Shown piece after piece: positions 45,490 through 55,741 of a DNA stretch of 64,000 bases; positions within the stretch are counted from its first letter, which is position 1, and every line of letters starts with the position of its first letter. The DNA is from Candidatus Sericytochromatia bacterium (GTDB lineage: Bacteria > Cyanobacteriota > Sericytochromatia > S15B-MN24 > JAQBPE01), in contig JAYKHR010000048.1 of NCBI GenBank assembly GCA_035285125.1, positions 32,001-96,000 of the forward strand, in the 5' to 3' direction. A model generated the notes under the pieces. It made no database searches. It saw nothing but the letters and a program-made list of their open reading frames with translations, and was not told the DNA's origin. The translations under genes and the position numbers were made by a program.

Positions 45490-45963
45490 TCAGGCGTTTC
45501 CTTCCGGGGTCGGGAGCGGCTGGGCCGTCCAGGCAAGGTCGAGGGTGAAGCGGCCCAGAGACAGGGCGGTCGGGTCGGCGTCCGCAGCGGCGGACGCTGC
45601 AGTGAAAAGGTCGTAGACCAGCGTCAGCTGGCCGCCGTGGGCCGTCGCCGTCCAGGCGAGCTCGTGCGTCATCACCCGGAGGACCATCTCCCCCTGGCGT
45701 CCGGCGCCAAGCGCGTACAGGCCACCGGTCCACTCGCCCTGCCGGAAATCCTGCCAGGAATTCAGCGCGCCACGTCGGTACAGCCGAACCTCGTCGCGAC
45801 CGAGCCGGAGGGTCGTGGCACAGCCCTCGTCGTCGTCGTAGAGCAGGTAGGCGACGCCCTCGCGCTCATGCCAGGTGCCGCGGTGCTCCCTGCGGGTGTT
45901 CTCGCGCAGCCCGCCATCCTCCTGGACGCTCGACACCGAGATGCAAACGGGATGCCTGCTCAT
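45490..45963 (-). CDS. DUF1934 (YwiB-like) beta-barrel protein
   Basis: YLLYDDDEGCATTLRLGRDEVRLYRRG...QDF; position immediately upstream of argS as for Bacillus ywiB. Confidence 0.72.
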   Translation of the reverse strand: MSRHPVCISVSSVQEDGGLRENTRREHRGTWHEREGVAYLLYDDDEGCATTLRLGRDEVRLYRRGALNSWQDFRQGEWTGGLYALGAGRQGEMVLRVMTHELAWTATAHGGQLTLVYDLFTAASAAADADPTALSLGRFTLDLAWTAQPLPTPEGNA

Positions 45964-46439
45964 CGGTGGTAGGGCTCCAGCCGGCGGATCCGCTCCGCGC
46001 GATACAGCTGCTCGACCAGCACCACCCGGGCCAGCTGATGAGGCAGCGTCAGCCGGGAAAGACCGAGCTTCCAGGTCGAGCGGGCGAGCACCCGAGGGTC
46101 GAGCCCGTTGGCGCCGCCGATCACGAACGCCGCCTCGCGGAGCCCCTCGTGCTCCAGGCCGGCAAGCCGGGCGGCCAGCTCAGTGGAAGGAAGCTGCTCA
46201 CCCTGCTCCCACATGGCGATGACGTGCGCCTCGGGGCGCAAAGCAGCCAGGATGCGATCGCCTTCCCGGGACCTTGCGGCGGCAATCAGCGCCTCCGACT
46301 GCCCCGGATCGGCCCGCTCGTCAGGCAGCTCCACCACCTCGACGGCGCGATAGGGCGCCAACCGCTTGAGGTACTCCGCCGCAGCCGCGCGCCAGTGCGC
46401 CTCCTTGAGCTTGCCCATCGCCAGGATCGTCCAGCGCAT
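45960..46439 (-). CDS. rlmH: 23S rRNA (pseudouridine-1915-N3)-methyltransferase RlmH
   Basis: MGKLKE...EYLKRL, FVIGGANGL, LTLPHQLARVVLVEQLYRA...PYHR. Confidence 0.96.
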   Translation of the reverse strand: MRWTILAMGKLKEAHWRAAAAEYLKRLAPYRAVEVVELPDERADPGQSEALIAAARSREGDRILAALRPEAHVIAMWEQGEQLPSTELAARLAGLEHEGLREAAFVIGGANGLDPRVLARSTWKLGLSRLTLPHQLARVVLVEQLYRAERIRRLEPYHR

Positions 46440-46520
46440 CGCCCCCCCGTCAGGTCAGGCCGGGATCTTATCACGGCCTGCGGGCCCTTGGGAGCCGCGC
46501 CCCCAGGGCCACCGCCAACC

Positions 46521-46588
46521 CTTAATATTTTATCCTTCCATATTTAACCTTTACTTTACCGGGGGCCGCGTGTGGCCGCCGATATAAG
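46521..46588 (+). promoter_or_regulatory. Pho-box-like 11-bp-phased repeats with a downstream -10 element for the EF-hand gene
   Basis: CTTAATAT 46521, TTTAACCT 46543, CTTTACCG 46554; GCCGATATAAG at 46578-46588. Confidence 0.5.
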
Positions 46589-46648
46589 CGGCACGCCACA
46601 GCCGTGGGCCGGCCGGCTCACGCCCACCCGACAAGGAGCGTCCCCCCC

Positions 46649-47056
46649 ATGGGTTCCATCTCCATCGCTCGCCTGGCCGCCCGCCTCATCGGGCAGTACG
46701 ACCACAACTACAACGGCAAGATCGACCTCGAGAAGCCCAACCGGGAAGTCGAGCGGCGCGAACAGCGCCAGACGATGAACTACATCGAGTACACGACGTG
46801 GTCCAGCCGCAAGCTGTTCGAAGCCGCCGACGCCCAGGGCGACGCCGACGGCTTCGTGACACCGGACGAGTTGGCTGCGGTCATGCGCGCCTTCGACGCC
46901 AATGGCGACGACGCGCTGGACTACCGCGGCTGGTTCTGGAACCCCAAGCAGGAACTAGACCGCTTCGACGACCAGTTCGGCGAGCACCTGGTCAGCCACA
47001 TCCAGATCCCGACGAACAACCCTCCTCCGGTGCCACCGCTGCCGCCTCGTCCCTGA
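46649..47056 (+). CDS. EF-hand calcium-binding protein
   Basis: DHNYNGKID, DADGFVTPDE and DANGDDALD loops; AAGGAG RBS. Confidence 0.75.
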   Translation: MGSISIARLAARLIGQYDHNYNGKIDLEKPNREVERREQRQTMNYIEYTTWSSRKLFEAADAQGDADGFVTPDELAAVMRAFDANGDDALDYRGWFWNPKQELDRFDDQFGEHLVSHIQIPTNNPPPVPPLPPRP

Positions 47057-47591
47057 GGGCGCCAAAGAGGCTGAGGGCCGTGCCCGTGTAGCGACGCGTC
47101 GCCAGCCGGTGCAGGTGCGCGAGGCGCTCGGGCGCTTCGCGCTTGGCGTCGTGCTCCAGCACCAGACGACCGGTGGGGGCCACGAGCCCCTCTGCCGCGA
47201 TCCGCTGAAGCAGGGGCACCGGGTCAAGGGCGTATGGGGGGTCGAGAAACACGACGTCGAAGGCCGTGCCGGCCAGGCGCGACAGGGCCGCGTCCGCCTC
47301 GAGCGGCAGCACCTCGACGGCCAGCCCCGTGGCCGCCACGTTGGCCTCGATGACAGCGAGGGCGGCCCGGGCCCGCTCCACCAGCACCACCCGGCGCGCG
47401 CCTCGGCTGGCGGCCTCCAGGCCCACAGCGCCGCTCCCCGCGAACAGATCGAGCCACGTCGCGCCAGGCACCCAGGCTTGGAGGGTGTTGAACAGGGCCT
47501 CCCGCACCTTGCCCTGGGTAGGCCGGGTGGCCTCGCCCGCCAGCGTTTGCAGCCGCCTGCCCCGGGCTTTCCCAGCGATGATCCGCAGCAC
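46992..47591 (-). CDS. rsmD: 16S rRNA (guanine-966-N2)-methyltransferase RsmD
   Basis: LRIIAGKARGRRL, TRPTQGKVREALFN, LDLFAGSGAVGLEAASRGA, FLDPPY. Confidence 0.95.
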   Translation of the reverse strand: MLRIIAGKARGRRLQTLAGEATRPTQGKVREALFNTLQAWVPGATWLDLFAGSGAVGLEAASRGARRVVLVERARAALAVIEANVAATGLAVEVLPLEADAALSRLAGTAFDVVFLDPPYALDPVPLLQRIAAEGLVAPTGRLVLEHDAKREAPERLAHLHRLATRRYTGTALSLFGALRDEAAAVAPEEGCSSGSGCG

Positions 47592-47592
47592 G

Positions 47593-48477
47593 TCAGGCCT
47601 CGACGGGCTCCCCCGCCGCCACGGGGGTGTGGGCCTCCACCGCCAGCCGCCGGCCGTCGGCCCACCTGTATGGGTACAGGGCGGCCGCGACCGCAGGCGA
47701 GAGGGCGTCCAGCACGGCCGCGTACCGCAGGGGCCACGTCGGGCCCGAGGCGGACAGACGGGCCAGGAAGAAGCCCTGCACGCGCCCCCGGTGGAACAGG
47801 GGCACCACGCCGAGCGTTGCCCGCGCGAGCGGGTGGTCGGGCGGCACCGTCCCCGGCGCCAGGCACACCAGCCTGGGCTGGCCGCTGGCCAGCAGCTCCC
47901 CCCAAGCCCCCGAGCGCGGGCGCAGGGAGTCGGCCCCGGGGGGCACGCCTTCCCGCCCGACGACGGGCCACGGGGCTTGCCGGCGCATGGGCACGAGCCA
48001 GAGCTCGTCGACGCCGAGCACCTCCGCGAGGTCATCGAGCCAGGCGGAGACCTCCTCGACGGACACCTCCTCGGAGGCGAGCAGCGACGAAGCCCCGCGG
48101 AGCAGGCGGGCCTCCCGCTCGGCCTGCTCCACCCGGGCCTCGAGGCCCTCGGTGGCGAGCCGCAGCCGCAGGGCCTGCTCCTCGAGAGCCTTCTGCGTGC
48201 GCCACAGGCGCCAGACCTCCTGCGGGACGAGCCGTCCGAGGGGCCTGGCCGGGGCCACGCGCCGCCCGCGGGCAGCCACCGTGGCGGAGGCGGCCATCGC
48301 CTCGAGGGGATCGGCGATGGCGCGCTCGAGGGCCAAGGTCACGAGCCCGGCCAGGCCCCCCACCAGCACGACCAGCGCCGGCCAGGGCAGCAAGCCCCGC
48401 TGGTGGGCCAGCGCGGCGCCGGCCGCAACCAGGATGGTGCAGCAACCGGCCAGCCAGAGAGTGGTGCGAACGGTCAT
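47593..48477 (-). CDS. Hypothetical membrane protein (two TMs, HAMP-like linker, coiled coil, GAF-like domain)
   Basis: Two N-terminal TMs, RAIADPLEAMA, LEARVEQAERE, VVPLFHRGRVQG. Confidence 0.55.
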   Translation of the reverse strand: MTVRTTLWLAGCCTILVAAGAALAHQRGLLPWPALVVLVGGLAGLVTLALERAIADPLEAMAASATVAARGRRVAPARPLGRLVPQEVWRLWRTQKALEEQALRLRLATEGLEARVEQAEREARLLRGASSLLASEEVSVEEVSAWLDDLAEVLGVDELWLVPMRRQAPWPVVGREGVPPGADSLRPRSGAWGELLASGQPRLVCLAPGTVPPDHPLARATLGVVPLFHRGRVQGFFLARLSASGPTWPLRYAAVLDALSPAVAAALYPYRWADGRRLAVEAHTPVAAGEPVEA

Positions 48478-48602
48478 GGGGGGTCAGGGCGTGACGCGAG
48501 AAGGTGATGCGTGACACATCCTAGCAGACGACAGGCCTGCCGGCACCCCGGTCCGTGACGCCGGCCTGCGGCGGCGCTATAATGGGCCTGGAGGTTCTCC
48601 CC

Positions 48603-48824
48603 ATGCCCAACGTCGGCCTGCCCGAACTCATGCTCCTGGCGATCGTCGCCTTGCTGGTCTTCGGGCCCAAGAAGATCCCGGAGATCGCCAACGCGCTCGG
48701 GCGGAGCATCCAGGAGTTTCGCAAGGGCTCTCGCGAGCTCGAAGACACGGTGCGGCGCGAGCTGACGGCGGCGGAGCCGTCGCGCGTGGTGGATGGCGCA
48801 CCGGATGGCCCTGCCAAGTCCTGA
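48603..48824 (+). CDS. tatA: Twin-arginine translocase subunit TatA
   Basis: [44 protein letters not shown] at 48578 and GGAGG RBS. Confidence 0.93.
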   Translation: MPNVGLPELMLLAIVALLVFGPKKIPEIANALGRSIQEFRKGSRELEDTVRRELTAAEPSRVVDGAPDGPAKS

Positions 48825-50826
48825 CCTCCACGCGCGGGCCGGCGACGGCGCGCTCAAGGTGGTGTCCGACTACGCCCCGAGCGGCGACCAGCCACAGGCC
48901 ATCGCCAAGCTGGTGGCCGGCCTGCAGGCCGGCGAGGAAGCGCAGACGCTGCTCGGCGTGACGGGCTCGGGCAAGACCTACACCGTCGCCAAGGTGATCG
49001 AGGCGGTGCAGCGCCCCACCTTGGTGCTCGCCCACAACAAGACGCTGGCAGCGCAGCTCTGCAACGAGCTGCGCGAGTTCTTCCCGGAGAATGCCGTCGA
49101 GTACTTCATCAGCTACTACGACTTCTACCAACCGGAGGCCTACGTGCCCCGGACGGACACCTACATCGAGAAGTCGGCCTCCATCAACGACGAGATCGAC
49201 CGCCTGCGCCACAGCGCGACCCGCAGCCTGCTGGAGCGCCGCGACGTGATCGTGGTGGCGTCCGTCAGCTGCATCTACGGCCTGGGCATGCCGGAGACCT
49301 ACCTGGAGGGTCGCCTCGAGGTGCACCTCGGTGATGAGATCCGCCGCGACGACATGCTGCGGCACCTGGTGGCGTGCCACTACGAGCGCAACGACGTGGA
49401 GCTGATGCGCGGCCGGTTCCGGGTGCGCGGCGACGTGCTCGAGATCGTGCCCTCCTTCGAGGACAACGTCTTCCGCATCGAGTTGTTCGGCGACGAGGTC
49501 GACCGCATCACCGAGATCGATCCCGTCACGGGGGAGTTGCTCGCCCAGCGCGAGCAGCTGTTCATCTACCCCGCCAAGCACTTCGTGACGCCGGAACAGG
49601 AGCTCCAGCGCGCCTTGCAGGAGCTGGAGGCCGAGCTCGCGGAGCGGGTCGCTCACTTCCAGGCCGCGGGCAAGCACGTCGAGGCCCAGCGCATCGAGAT
49701 GCGCACCCGCTACGACCTCGAGATGATGCGAGAGGTCGGCTACTGCAACGGCGTTGAAAACTACTCGCGGGTCCTCGCCGGCCGCCCGCCCGGAAGCCCC
49801 CCGTCCACCCTCCTCGATTATTTCCCTGAAGACTTCCTCGTCGTCATCGACGAGTCCCACGTCACGCTGCCGCAGTTGCAGGGGATGTACCGGGGCGACC
49901 GGGCCCGCAAGGAGCTGCTCGTCGAGCACGGCTTCCGCCTCCCGTCCGCCTACGACAACCGCCCCCTGCGCATCGAAGAGTTCTGGGAGCGCGTCGGCCA
50001 GAGGCTCTTCGTCTCTGCCACGCCGGGCGACTTCGAGGTGACGGCCAGCAGCCAGGTGGTGGAGCAGATCATCCGCCCCACGGGGCTGATTGACCCCGAG
50101 GTGGAGGTGCGGCCCATCGAGGGCCAGGTGGACGACCTCCTGGGCGCCATCCGCGAACGCATCGCCCGGGAGCATCGGGTGCTCGTGACCACGCTCACCA
50201 AGAAGATGGCAGAGGACCTCACGGAGTACATGCTCGAGCTCGGCATCCGCGTGAAGTACCTGCACTCCGACATCCAGTCGCTGGAGCGCATCGAGATCCT
50301 CAGGGACCTCCGCCTCGGGGCCTTCGACGTCCTGATTGGGGTGAACCTGTTGCGCGAGGGCCTCGACCTGCCTGAGGTCTCCCTGATGGCCATCATGGAC
50401 GCCGACAAGGAGGGCTTCTTGAGGGCCGAGCGGTCGCTCGTGCAGATGATCGGCAGGGCCGCGCGACACCCGGAGGGCCGCGTCATCATGTATGCAGACC
50501 GCATGACCGATGCCATGACCCGCGCCCTGGACGAAACGGCGCGCCGCAGAAGCAAGCAGGTGGAGTATAATCAAGCGCACGGCATCACGCCGCGCGCCAT
50601 CGTCAAGTCGTCCCGCAACCGGCTCCTGGAGAGCCTTCGAGCGGGAGACGAGGGTGGCTCCCCGACGGCGTCCGCCCCGGCGCTGTCGCCCAAAGAGACG
50701 GACAAGCTCATCAAGCAACTGGAGACGGAGATGCGTCAAGCAGCGACCGTGCTGGACTTCGAGCTGGCCGCCAAGCTGCGAGACCGCATCCGGAGCCTGC
50801 GCGACGCCGCAGGCAAGACGCCCTGA
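48805..50826 (+). CDS. uvrB: Excinuclease ABC subunit UvrB
   Basis: [39 protein letters not shown]-terminal UVR motif [13 protein letters not shown]. Confidence 0.98.
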   Translation: MALPSPDLHARAGDGALKVVSDYAPSGDQPQAIAKLVAGLQAGEEAQTLLGVTGSGKTYTVAKVIEAVQRPTLVLAHNKTLAAQLCNELREFFPENAVEYFISYYDFYQPEAYVPRTDTYIEKSASINDEIDRLRHSATRSLLERRDVIVVASVSCIYGLGMPETYLEGRLEVHLGDEIRRDDMLRHLVACHYERNDVELMRGRFRVRGDVLEIVPSFEDNVFRIELFGDEVDRITEIDPVTGELLAQREQLFIYPAKHFVTPEQELQRALQELEAELAERVAHFQAAGKHVEAQRIEMRTRYDLEMMREVGYCNGVENYSRVLAGRPPGSPPSTLLDYFPEDFLVVIDESHVTLPQLQGMYRGDRARKELLVEHGFRLPSAYDNRPLRIEEFWERVGQRLFVSATPGDFEVTASSQVVEQIIRPTGLIDPEVEVRPIEGQVDDLLGAIRERIAREHRVLVTTLTKKMAEDLTEYMLELGIRVKYLHSDIQSLERIEILRDLRLGAFDVLIGVNLLREGLDLPEVSLMAIMDADKEGFLRAERSLVQMIGRAARHPEGRVIMYADRMTDAMTRALDETARRRSKQVEYNQAHGITPRAIVKSSRNRLLESLRAGDEGGSPTASAPALSPKETDKLIKQLETEMRQAATVLDFELAAKLRDRIRSLRDAAGKTP

Positions 50827-50835
50827 AGGCGAGTC

Positions 50836-53652
50836 ATGGCCGAGCTGCGCACCAACAGGGAAATCGTGGAGCAGGGTGAGACCGCGCTGGTCAGCACCCT
50901 GCTGCCCCTGCCCTCGGGCTGGACCGTTTTGCCCCAGCTGGTTCTGCCGGGGCACCAGTTCCACCATGAACCAGGGGACGTGGACGCCGTCGTGCTCAAC
51001 GAGCGCGGCCTGTTCCTCATCGAGTACCGACACTGGCACGGCCGGATCGAGGTGTCGGCGGCCTCGAACTGGCGCCAGGTCTTCGTCTCAGGAGATCGGC
51101 ACGAACGCCCGAACCCCTTGCCCCAGCTGCGGGCCAAGCGGGCTGGCCTGGAAAGCTTCCTGGCTGAGCGGGGCCTCGCCCGGGCGCCGATCCACCTCGT
51201 GCTGGCCTTCCCCGACCGCTCCGAGCTGGAGCTGGGCGCGGGCGACACCGCGGCCACGGCGCTCGAGGGCATTCCCGCCTTGTCGCTGGGCCAGGTGGTG
51301 GCCTGGATGCTGGCGGACAGCCCGGATCGCCCGGTGGGGGCCCTCAGCGCGCCAGACCAGGCTGCGATCGCCGAGCAGCTGCGACCGGCTAGCCCGCGCC
51401 GCCTGGTGAACCAGTACCTCCTCACGTCCACGCTGTCGCGCACCGAGAACCAGACCACCTACCTGGCCTGGGACACCCAGCTCGAGCGGACGAAGCTCCT
51501 CAAGGAGCTGCGCTACGACCCCTACCAGCAGCCTGACAAGCTGGACCGTGTCCGGAACGAACTGCTGCGGGAGGCCAAGCTCACGATGCAACTGCGGCAC
51601 GACCACATCGTGAGCGTGGAGCACGTCATCCCCCGGGACGACTGCTACTACCTCGTCACCGAGTGGATCGAGGACTGCAAGACGCTGGCGCAGGTGCTGG
51701 AGGAACACGGCCACGCCCCGCTGCCCGTGGACCAGGCCGTGGCCATCTGCCTGGCCCTCGCCGACGGCTTGGCCCATGCCCACGCCCAGGGCATCGTGCA
51801 CCGCGACGTGAGGCCGGAAAACATCCTCGTGGCGCCACGTGGCGTGGTGAAAATTGCCAACTTCGGCCTGGCCAAGCAGGCCGGCGTCGGCACGCAGCAG
51901 ACCATCGACCTGCGCCGTATGGCGCAGGAGAACCCCTATGTGGCCCCTGAGTTCAAGGTCGGGCAGGCAGGCCACCACCAGGTGGACCAGCGGTCTGACG
52001 TCTACTCGGTGGCCACCCTGCTCTACAAGCTGCTGACGGGCCGCACGCCTCAGCACCTGGACGAGAAGTACACGGACCGGCCCAGCCAGCTCAACGGCAA
52101 GGTGCCCAGCGCGCTCGACGCCGTGATCGAGAAGGGCATGCGCATCGACCCCCAGCAGCGGCTCTCGACGATGGCCGTGTTCCGCCAGCGCCTGGCCCTG
52201 TACGACCAGCCCGGGTCCTCCGAGGGGTCACGCTACACGGACCGGAAGATGGCGGCCCGGACCCTGAGCTCGCTGGTGTTCCAGGCCCACGATGAGAAGC
52301 TGCAGCGCCCCGTCGCCCTCAAGAAACTGCTGCTGGAGCCCCGCCTCACCGAGGCCGAGCGCCAGGTCCTGCTCAGCCAGTTGCTGCGAGAGGCGCAGCT
52401 GGCGAGCGGTCTGATGCACCCCTACATCGTCTCCGTGTTCGACCACTTTATCGAGGACGGCGATGGCTACATCGTGATGGAGTGGCTCGAGGGGCAGACG
52501 CTGCGGGAGCTCCTGAACCGCAAGCAGCAGCTTTCCTTGGCGCACATCAAGCAGATCGTGGACCAGGTGGGCAACGCCTTGCAGTACGCGCACAGCCAGG
52601 GCGTGGTGCACCGGGACATCAAGCCCGAGAACATCATGTTCCACGAGAACAAGGCGACGGTGCTCGACTTCGGTATCGCCCACACCCTGGACCGCGCCCA
52701 CGTCGCCGAGTTGGGCAAGACTTCGGGCACGGCCCGCTATGTCGCGCCGGAGACGCTCTCCCGCGGCGAGGCGGACGTGCGGGCCGACGTGTTCGCGCTG
52801 GGCGTCGTGGTTTACGAGTTGCTCACGAACCAGTATCCCTACAGCCCTGACGCCATCGTGGCGCGATATGCGGGCACCGTCGTGCACCCGCCTCAGCCGG
52901 CCAGCAAGCTGAACCTGGAGTGTGACGCCGCGCTGGATGCGGTGCTGGCGAGGGCGCTGGAGATCGACCCTGAGCAACGGTGGGCCACCGTCGCGGACTT
53001 CCAGAAGGCCTTCCTGAGCACCGAGAGCAGCCCGCTGAGCTTCGAACCCGAGCCCGGTGACGGCTGGTCCCGGCTTGTTGCGGTGTCGGCCGTGATCTTC
53101 GTGGTGTTCCTGGTCGTCGGGCTCTGGACCTCGCAGTCTTACAGGACCATGTTCCAGGTCTCACCCCCGCCGAGTGCCAGCCCGATGAGCCTGCCCTCTG
53201 AGGCCGCCGCCAGCGCCGCCCCGACGCCGAGCCCGACACCGACGGCCACGGTTGCTCCCTCGCCGACGCCGACGCCGGAGGCCGCGTGGCGCAGCCAGCC
53301 CGAGACCGTGGAAGGCGTGACGATGAGCGTCACGGAGGTGGCCAGCCAGGCGGGCCGCACGCGCGTGCAGCTTCGGGTGGCGAACGCCAGCCAGGACACC
53401 GTCGCCTTCCTGAACCGTTCCGACCGCCCCGAGCTGTTCGTGTGCTACGACAACCTGGCCAACGACCTTTCAGAGGCCCTCGACATCCGAAGCGTCGATG
53501 CCTCCCTGCTCAGGATCGAGCCGGGGCAGACGGTGACGGGAACCTTCACGCTCGACACCGATGTGCGGGCCCGGGCCCAGGGCCTGGTCATGACCCTGAT
53601 GGAGGACGGCGGCAAGGGCCGCAAGTTCACGCTACGGAGCGCTGCCCTCTAG
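50836..53652 (+). CDS. NERD domain, tandem Ser/Thr kinase domains, TM and extracytoplasmic domain
   Basis: NERD DVDAVVLNERGLFLIEYRHWHG...NPLPQ; kinase 1 HRDVRPEN/KIANFG; kinase 2 VALK/HRDIKPEN/DFG/YVAPE; TM about 53070-53130; Pro/Thr linker. Confidence 0.88.
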   Translation: MAELRTNREIVEQGETALVSTLLPLPSGWTVLPQLVLPGHQFHHEPGDVDAVVLNERGLFLIEYRHWHGRIEVSAASNWRQVFVSGDRHERPNPLPQLRAKRAGLESFLAERGLARAPIHLVLAFPDRSELELGAGDTAATALEGIPALSLGQVVAWMLADSPDRPVGALSAPDQAAIAEQLRPASPRRLVNQYLLTSTLSRTENQTTYLAWDTQLERTKLLKELRYDPYQQPDKLDRVRNELLREAKLTMQLRHDHIVSVEHVIPRDDCYYLVTEWIEDCKTLAQVLEEHGHAPLPVDQAVAICLALADGLAHAHAQGIVHRDVRPENILVAPRGVVKIANFGLAKQAGVGTQQTIDLRRMAQENPYVAPEFKVGQAGHHQVDQRSDVYSVATLLYKLLTGRTPQHLDEKYTDRPSQLNGKVPSALDAVIEKGMRIDPQQRLSTMAVFRQRLALYDQPGSSEGSRYTDRKMAARTLSSLVFQAHDEKLQRPVALKKLLLEPRLTEAERQVLLSQLLREAQLASGLMHPYIVSVFDHFIEDGDGYIVMEWLEGQTLRELLNRKQQLSLAHIKQIVDQVGNALQYAHSQGVVHRDIKPENIMFHENKATVLDFGIAHTLDRAHVAELGKTSGTARYVAPETLSRGEADVRADVFALGVVVYELLTNQYPYSPDAIVARYAGTVVHPPQPASKLNLECDAALDAVLARALEIDPEQRWATVADFQKAFLSTESSPLSFEPEPGDGWSRLVAVSAVIFVVFLVVGLWTSQSYRTMFQVSPPPSASPMSLPSEAAASAAPTPSPTPTATVAPSPTPTPEAAWRSQPETVEGVTMSVTEVASQAGRTRVQLRVANASQDTVAFLNRSDRPELFVCYDNLANDLSEALDIRSVDASLLRIEPGQTVTGTFTLDTDVRARAQGLVMTLMEDGGKGRKFTLRSAAL

Positions 53653-53813
53653 CCCTGGGCCTCGATGACCTGGATGTCGTCGAGGTAGACGCCGCGCGTC
53701 GGCCCGGCGAGGGTCCCGAAGCTGCCGCGGAACCTCAGCGACAGGGAGCCACCGGCCCCCGCAGGTGGAGGCGTTAACGGGGTGGAAGCCCCATCCCCCC
53801 GGGGCCTGCCCTG

Positions 53814-54749
53814 TCACCCGGCGGCATCGGGCGCTGCCTCCGCGAGCACCTCGGGCCCCATCCACCAGGCAGCCCGCCAGGACGAGACCGGCTCCACCTC
53901 GCCAGGCCCATAAAGGCGGTGGACAGCTGCGTTGACGTCCGTCGTGTGGAACCGCATCTCGGCGTACCCTGCGGACAGCAACGCCCGCTGAGCGGCGCGA
54001 ACCAGCAGGCGCCCCAACCCCCGTCCGCGGGCCGCCGGGTCCACCACGACCTCGTAGAGCAAGGGGCCGTGCTCGCTCTGCGTGACCCACACCGCGCCCA
54101 GGGCCCGACCGCCTTCCCGGACCAGGTAGGACGCCTCTCGCATCAGCGCCCCACCGGGGGCCGCAAGGCCGCACATGTGCGCCTCGAGGGCTTGGCGCGT
54201 GGGCACCTCCGGTTGGCACAGGGCAAGCCCGGACACCGTCCCGGCGTTGCCGGCTGCCACCAACCGCGCGAGGTCGGCGAGGTGGCCATCATCCCAGGGC
54301 TCGACGCCACCCGGCGCCACCGTGGGGCTCGCGAGGTCGGCCACCCGCGGCAGGTGGTCAACGAACACCTGGTGCGTGACAGGCTGAAGCCCTGCCCCCA
54401 AACCCGCCTCCAGCCAGGCGATGCCCGCCGTCTCGGCCATCGTCACCAGGCTTGCGTCGCGCTGCAGCAACGAAAGGGCCTCTCGAACGCCCAAACGGTC
54501 AGGTTCGCCGAGGCCGAACAGCAGGGCGCGATGGCCGGGCGCTGGCCGCGTCACGCCCAGCACCACGCGTGCCCCCCTCTCGGGCTCCGCCAGCACCAGC
54601 TGGAGCAGGCCCGTGCGCGCCGCAAACCGGAGCTGGGACCGCCAGTCCTGGAACACGGAGGCGTCCTCCACCCCCAGCGCCTCTGGAGACAGCAGCGGGA
54701 GCCAGAGCGCCTCCTCCTCGGCGCGCAGCACCCGGACCGGGTGGTTCAC
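53814..54749 (-). CDS. GNAT-family N-acetyltransferase
   Basis: VVVDPAARGRGLGRLLV...NAAVHRLY. Confidence 0.8.
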   Translation of the reverse strand: MNHPVRVLRAEEEALWLPLLSPEALGVEDASVFQDWRSQLRFAARTGLLQLVLAEPERGARVVLGVTRPAPGHRALLFGLGEPDRLGVREALSLLQRDASLVTMAETAGIAWLEAGLGAGLQPVTHQVFVDHLPRVADLASPTVAPGGVEPWDDGHLADLARLVAAGNAGTVSGLALCQPEVPTRQALEAHMCGLAAPGGALMREASYLVREGGRALGAVWVTQSEHGPLLYEVVVDPAARGRGLGRLLVRAAQRALLSAGYAEMRFHTTDVNAAVHRLYGPGEVEPVSSWRAAWWMGPEVLAEAAPDAAG

Positions 54750-54753
54750 GCCG

Positions 54754-55623
54754 TCAGGGGTGGTACTGATAGGGCAGCTCCACGCGCCCCTCGAACGGGA
54801 AGAGGGCCGCCAGGGCTGGCATCCCCTGGACTCGCTCGGCGAGTTCCAGCAGGGTCACCAGGCGGCTGTTGAGGTTCTGCCACTCCGGGTCGTCCAGGGC
54901 CTCGCGCCGCGGCCCCTCCGGGAGGGCGGCCAGGCCGGCGGCGCTGTCCCGCGCCCAGTCCAGGAGCGCATAAGCCTCCTCGAGGATCGGCCCCAAGCTG
55001 CCCAGAAACATCTGGGTCTCCCGGTGCGCTGCGGCCTCTCGCGACAGCGCCTCGGCAGCCCCGGCCTGAGCCGCCTCGTCTCCCTCGAAGGGCCGGAGGT
55101 CGATGCCCGTCGCGCGGCAGACGACGTCGATGCCCTGCCGGTTGCGGAACCAGTGGTAGTCCAGCATCGCCACGTCCAACAAGGCGCGCCTCAGCCTCAC
55201 CTCGAGGTTCTCCTGAGGGGCCTGGACCTTGAAGGGGACCTGCTCCGGGAAGTCGGCCCGGGGCGTGAACTCGGGCACGTCGGCGATCTGGCGCAGGTTG
55301 CCCTCGAGGACGCCGACTTCGGCATCCAGCAATGCCACCTGCCGCCCGTACATGGTGTCGAGCAGCGTCATCCGGCTGATGTGCTCGTGCAGGCTGGGCT
55401 GCCCCTGCAGCGTCAGCATCTTGTCGAGCAGCTCCCGCGCTTCGGCCTGCTGCGACCGCGCGTGGGCCTGCCGCTCGCGCGCCATTTCGAGGAAGCGCTC
55501 GGTGGTCGTGCGGGCCCTGCCCATCGCCTGCGCCACATTGCCCTTCATCTCCTCGAACTGGCGCTGGGCCTCCTGCACCGCCTGCTGCTGCTCAGGCGTC
55601 AGGTTGGCGGTCGGTTCGGCCAT
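54754..55623 (-). CDS. Hypothetical helical/coiled-coil protein
   Basis: 289-aa ORF with typical codon usage, AGGAGG RBS, Gln/Glu-rich N-terminal coiled coil. Confidence 0.7.
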   Translation of the reverse strand: MAEPTANLTPEQQQAVQEAQRQFEEMKGNVAQAMGRARTTTERFLEMARERQAHARSQQAEARELLDKMLTLQGQPSLHEHISRMTLLDTMYGRQVALLDAEVGVLEGNLRQIADVPEFTPRADFPEQVPFKVQAPQENLEVRLRRALLDVAMLDYHWFRNRQGIDVVCRATGIDLRPFEGDEAAQAGAAEALSREAAAHRETQMFLGSLGPILEEAYALLDWARDSAAGLAALPEGPRREALDDPEWQNLNSRLVTLLELAERVQGMPALAALFPFEGRVELPYQYHP

Positions 55624-55685
55624 GGTGTTCCTCCTGGGGGTGTCGGGCAGGGGCGCGCCCGCGCGAGCCCCCGCCCCTTATTCCC

Positions 55686-55717
55686 AAAAAACACCCGGAC
55701 CTGTCGGGTCCGGGTGT
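55686..55717 (-). terminator. Intrinsic terminator
   Basis: ACACCCGGACC-cgaca-GGTCCGGGTGT followed by TTTTT on the minus strand. Confidence 0.85.
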
Positions 55718-55741
55718 CCTCGGTCTGAGGAGGGGGCTGAC

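Noticed and set aside
46555..46585. Canonical sigma-28 promoter for the EF-hand gene
   Set aside because: GCCGATAT is exact, but no TAAA lies 15-16 nt upstream; kept only as part of the Pho-box-like finding.
50836..53652. Complete BREX/Pgl defence system
   Set aside because: Only the PglW-like N-terminal architecture is present; no pglX, pglY, pglZ or brxC neighbours, and the protein has a TM and ectodomain.
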